Positions 60,961 through 64,000 of a stretch of 64,000 bases of DNA are shown piece after piece; the stretch's first letter is position 1; each line of letters opens with the position of its first letter. The stretch lies in NCBI GenBank assembly GCA_964187785.1, contig OZ076413.1, positions 46,936,001-47,000,000 of the forward strand. Direction: 5' to 3'. The translations under genes were made by a program, and so were the position numbers. This stretch comes from Amphiscolops sp. MND2022 (taxonomy: Eukaryota). The notes under the pieces were generated by a model. The model was not told where the DNA came from. It ran no database searches and saw only the letters and a program-made list of their open reading frames with translations.

Positions 60961-62860
60961 GAAAAAGCTCAACTTTGCTCTCTTCATAAGCTCGATACTG
61001 TGCCTGAGGAGATGAATGGCGTTTAGAAAACTCGGCAAAGTTAAAAACGCTTTCATTCAGTTCATAAAGAGAGCAGGTTTTATTGTGAACGTGTTCCATT
61101 ATGAACACGTGGTAAACTTTAGTGCACGTGGCAGTGAGTAATTGCCATCGTAAAGTTTGTTTCAACAATCAGGAAAGTGTTCATTGACACTGTACAGGAG
61201 GGGTGTAGCTTGCACCACATCCTAGACCATAAGAAACTTTAGTGAAATTTGATTTACCCCCCTGGGTGATATGTCGCTTTGTTGACGATGAGTGATGAGT
61301 TTACTGATGTACACTGTATCCTTATAAATCTGTTTTATGTGACTGTTGTTGACTGCGGATTATGTTTCGTTCATGATAGTGTTAAGTTCTGTTTCTGCGA
61401 TCAGAAAGAAAGACCATCGTTAGTGTGTTTTTACCAAAACCGACACGTTTTTTTAAAAAAACCCTCCTATTCAAACAAGGCGGGTGGTCTTCCAGGATCA
61501 TCAAACGATCTGATTTGTTGTTTATTTGTTGTTCTCTTACTTTTTCTTTCATTTTCATCAAGAGTGCTCGTTCCCTTGCAATGAAAGAGGTAATAGCATT
61601 ATTGGATACGACCGTAGTTGTGACGGACAATCCCGCGCGAGAACGGCAGACGAAAGGAGATTTTATTAAGTTGTAAGGTCATTTAGGTGTTCCAGATGTT
61701 CTACACCTGTAATAAAACATGCTGAGTTGACTTTGGACAGTTCTGTTGCCATGGCCTCAACAACGAATTGACATGTGTTATCAATTCCGACACCACTGGA
61801 AGGCGGTGCTGGGTTGATTCAATCACTTGATAGCCGCCTTGATGTTCTGGTTTTTCGGAATCAGGTTTCAATGGTAAGTACCTGTTTCCTCAAATGACGA
61901 GATGCGATAAGGCAGACCAGTTCGTTCTCCACAAATGATAATGGTTTGTTAATGAGTGCCTTTTGTGACTCTTCAAGGATTGTGTAGAGTTCTGTTTGCG
62001 TGAGTACGTCCTTCTTAAACAATGATTACAAAAAACAAAATTGAAATAGCTTTTCAGGCTTCTTTTCATGCAATGCTGGTGATCTAACTGGAAAGTAAAA
62101 ACATCTAATGTTTGCTTTTTGAGCTTTTTGAATGGTTGTTGTGTGACGTCTACTTCTAACATAGTCTTGTTTGCTGATTCCGCGGCACTGAAGGAAGGCG
62201 CTACTCGAAATGTCAGTCGTTAGAACGGACATTCCCGCACCAAAACAGCAAAAGGCAGGTGAAATTGTTCAGCGGTAAGATCCGTTTCGTGTTCCAGATG
62301 TACTGAGCCAGAGTTGTAATGACCGAAACTGCAGTGTAGGCTTAGGACGGCGCTGTTTTGCTGGAATTAATAAAAAATCTCCTGTAACAACCTGTTATTC
62401 CGCCAGCATGGAACTCACTTTCGTTACCCATACACTGCGTACGTCTAAGGCAAACTATGCACCAGGTAATTTTCTTTTGTGGTCAGTATGTATTAGGGTC
62501 GTTCATATGTCATTGCTTTCCCTGAGTCAGTGGCATTTGCGTTACAACTATATATCTCCATGCTTGCAGTTTTTCTTTCACTAACCAGTCCTGTTCCCAC
62601 AGATCTCTGGCGAGAAAATTATTTCGAGTCCGAATGGGACTATCCAGTAAAAATTGTGTAACGACCGGCTAGCGACGCACATCTAGGAAGAGGGACAATG
62701 CCTAGGGTGCTTAAACAGGAGACCGTTGTCTTACTACATCCCTAGACACTAGTTTTTGTTCCCAAAATGGTCTCCAAGGGGGACTTTTCTATCGTCTAAG
62801 GAGGCTTCTCTAGATAGAGCTCCGAAACGACCTGCCGGCACTCTCAAAGTCCGGACACGC

Positions 62861-64000
62861 TGTGATGCCCTGATGCATGTCCTCAAAGATTCAATAAATC
62901 TGAAATACTCTGAACTCTTAACCAAAGTAATTAGTAGATGTAATCTAATTTGAAAGCTAATTATTCTAGAAGAAACTTCATCTAATATATCCTGTACCAA
63001 GCTTCCCCAATTCATCCTGTTGCTGTCACATTGTTAATTGATGAAACCTACCCTAGTTAATAGAATATATCTACTCGGAGAAATTGAGAATTCTTCCTAA
63101 CAATCGGTCTTCCTCCCGCACTTCGAGAACTGAGATCTTAGAGATAGATTGTATTCAGAACTAGCTAGCTACAAGATATAAGATAAGACGACTCCGCTGT
63201 TAAAATCTTAGACTTCTTATGTCAGTAATAAAACTTCTAAAAGAAACCACCACACAACTTTTTAACAGCTCAATTGGTGCGACCAAGAAAATTCTTCTTT
63301 CTCTCCCATTCATTTCACACATCTACAATTGTTGTACACCCTTTCTCGACTTTCTCATTCGATATCTCTTTGTTCGACACACAGTTTCTCCACCTCTCAA
63401 TATCGCCTATCGTTACTATCTTCAACGTTGCAACCAATTTCTATTTGAAATTGATCCGTGTTGCTATGATTCTGACTGCGTTCCTCAACGTAATTCCTGT
63501 CAGTCATATTTCTTGGTTCTGACTACGTTTCTTGACGTAATTCCTGTCAGTAAATTTTTCGTTCCAACCACCATTGAGTGAATTCGTGTTGGCTTTCTCT
63601 CTTTCTTCCGTTCCAACCGCAGACGTGCGATACGTGTTGGCCCTTCTACAGTGCTATCCAGCGATTCCTGCTGGTGGAAATCTCTTTGGTTCTAGCCGCT
63701 TGGATCAACTTTAAAGTTGGCACACCTATATAACACATATTTTCTACATAACATAATTATAATACCTTTCTTGTTCTCTCTTCTTTAGTACACACAATAT
63801 ACAAAACTCTTTTAAAACTAGCTTACGGATCCAATTACATAACAATTAAAATATATAACACAGATCCTAATACATAACAATTAAAATATATAACACATAC
63901 ATCACAAATTTCTTTATATAACTTTCATTTTTTCATACATCTATATAAAACAAATTCTAATACAACCTCTTAGACACATTCTTTATTGTACATGCCGCCT
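62861..64000 (+). mobile_element. 5' end of a second, diverged member of family B (LTR 62861-63272, PBS, leader, first ATG at 63992); runs off the window
   Basis: 412-bp LTR homologous to 30044-30455 but clearly more diverged than the B LTR pair. Same PBS and homologous leader. Confidence 0.93.

Noticed and set aside
61200..62640. Possible minus-strand decayed retroelement coding sequence
   Set aside because: Only faint motif hints and no supportable ORF.

Overview
Eukaryotic (invertebrate animal-like) genomic DNA; the host species cannot be named from this window. The first 7 kb hold three closely packed minus-strand housekeeping genes: syntaxin-16, ribosomal protein L21 and mitochondrial malate dehydrogenase. 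Two small TIR elements sit in or near them: a hAT-type element with an 8-bp TSD and a Mutator-type element with a 9-bp TSD. The rest is a retroelement cluster. (1) Element A is a full-length 16.7-kb Gypsy LTR retrotransposon (7898-24576). Its reconstructed polyprotein has a tandem pseudo-protease/protease pair, a dUTPase-like domain and, after integrase, an AT-hook plus two TARG1-like macrodomains; an extra non-env ORF follows. (2) Decayed CR1/L2-like LINE fragments, one containing a 128-bp near-perfect palindrome. (3) Element B is a giant enveloped, errantivirus-like element (30044-60538; 412-bp LTRs, TATC TSD, unit length about 17.9 kb). It has a chuvirus/herpes-gB-like class III glycoprotein, a probable membrane-anchored Gag N-terminus, an RS-rich nucleocapsid, three accessory ORFs and a 12.6-kb internal tandem duplication. 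(4) A CRE-like non-LTR remnant and the 5' end of a second member of family B. All domain calls come from motif recognition by eye; no searches were run.
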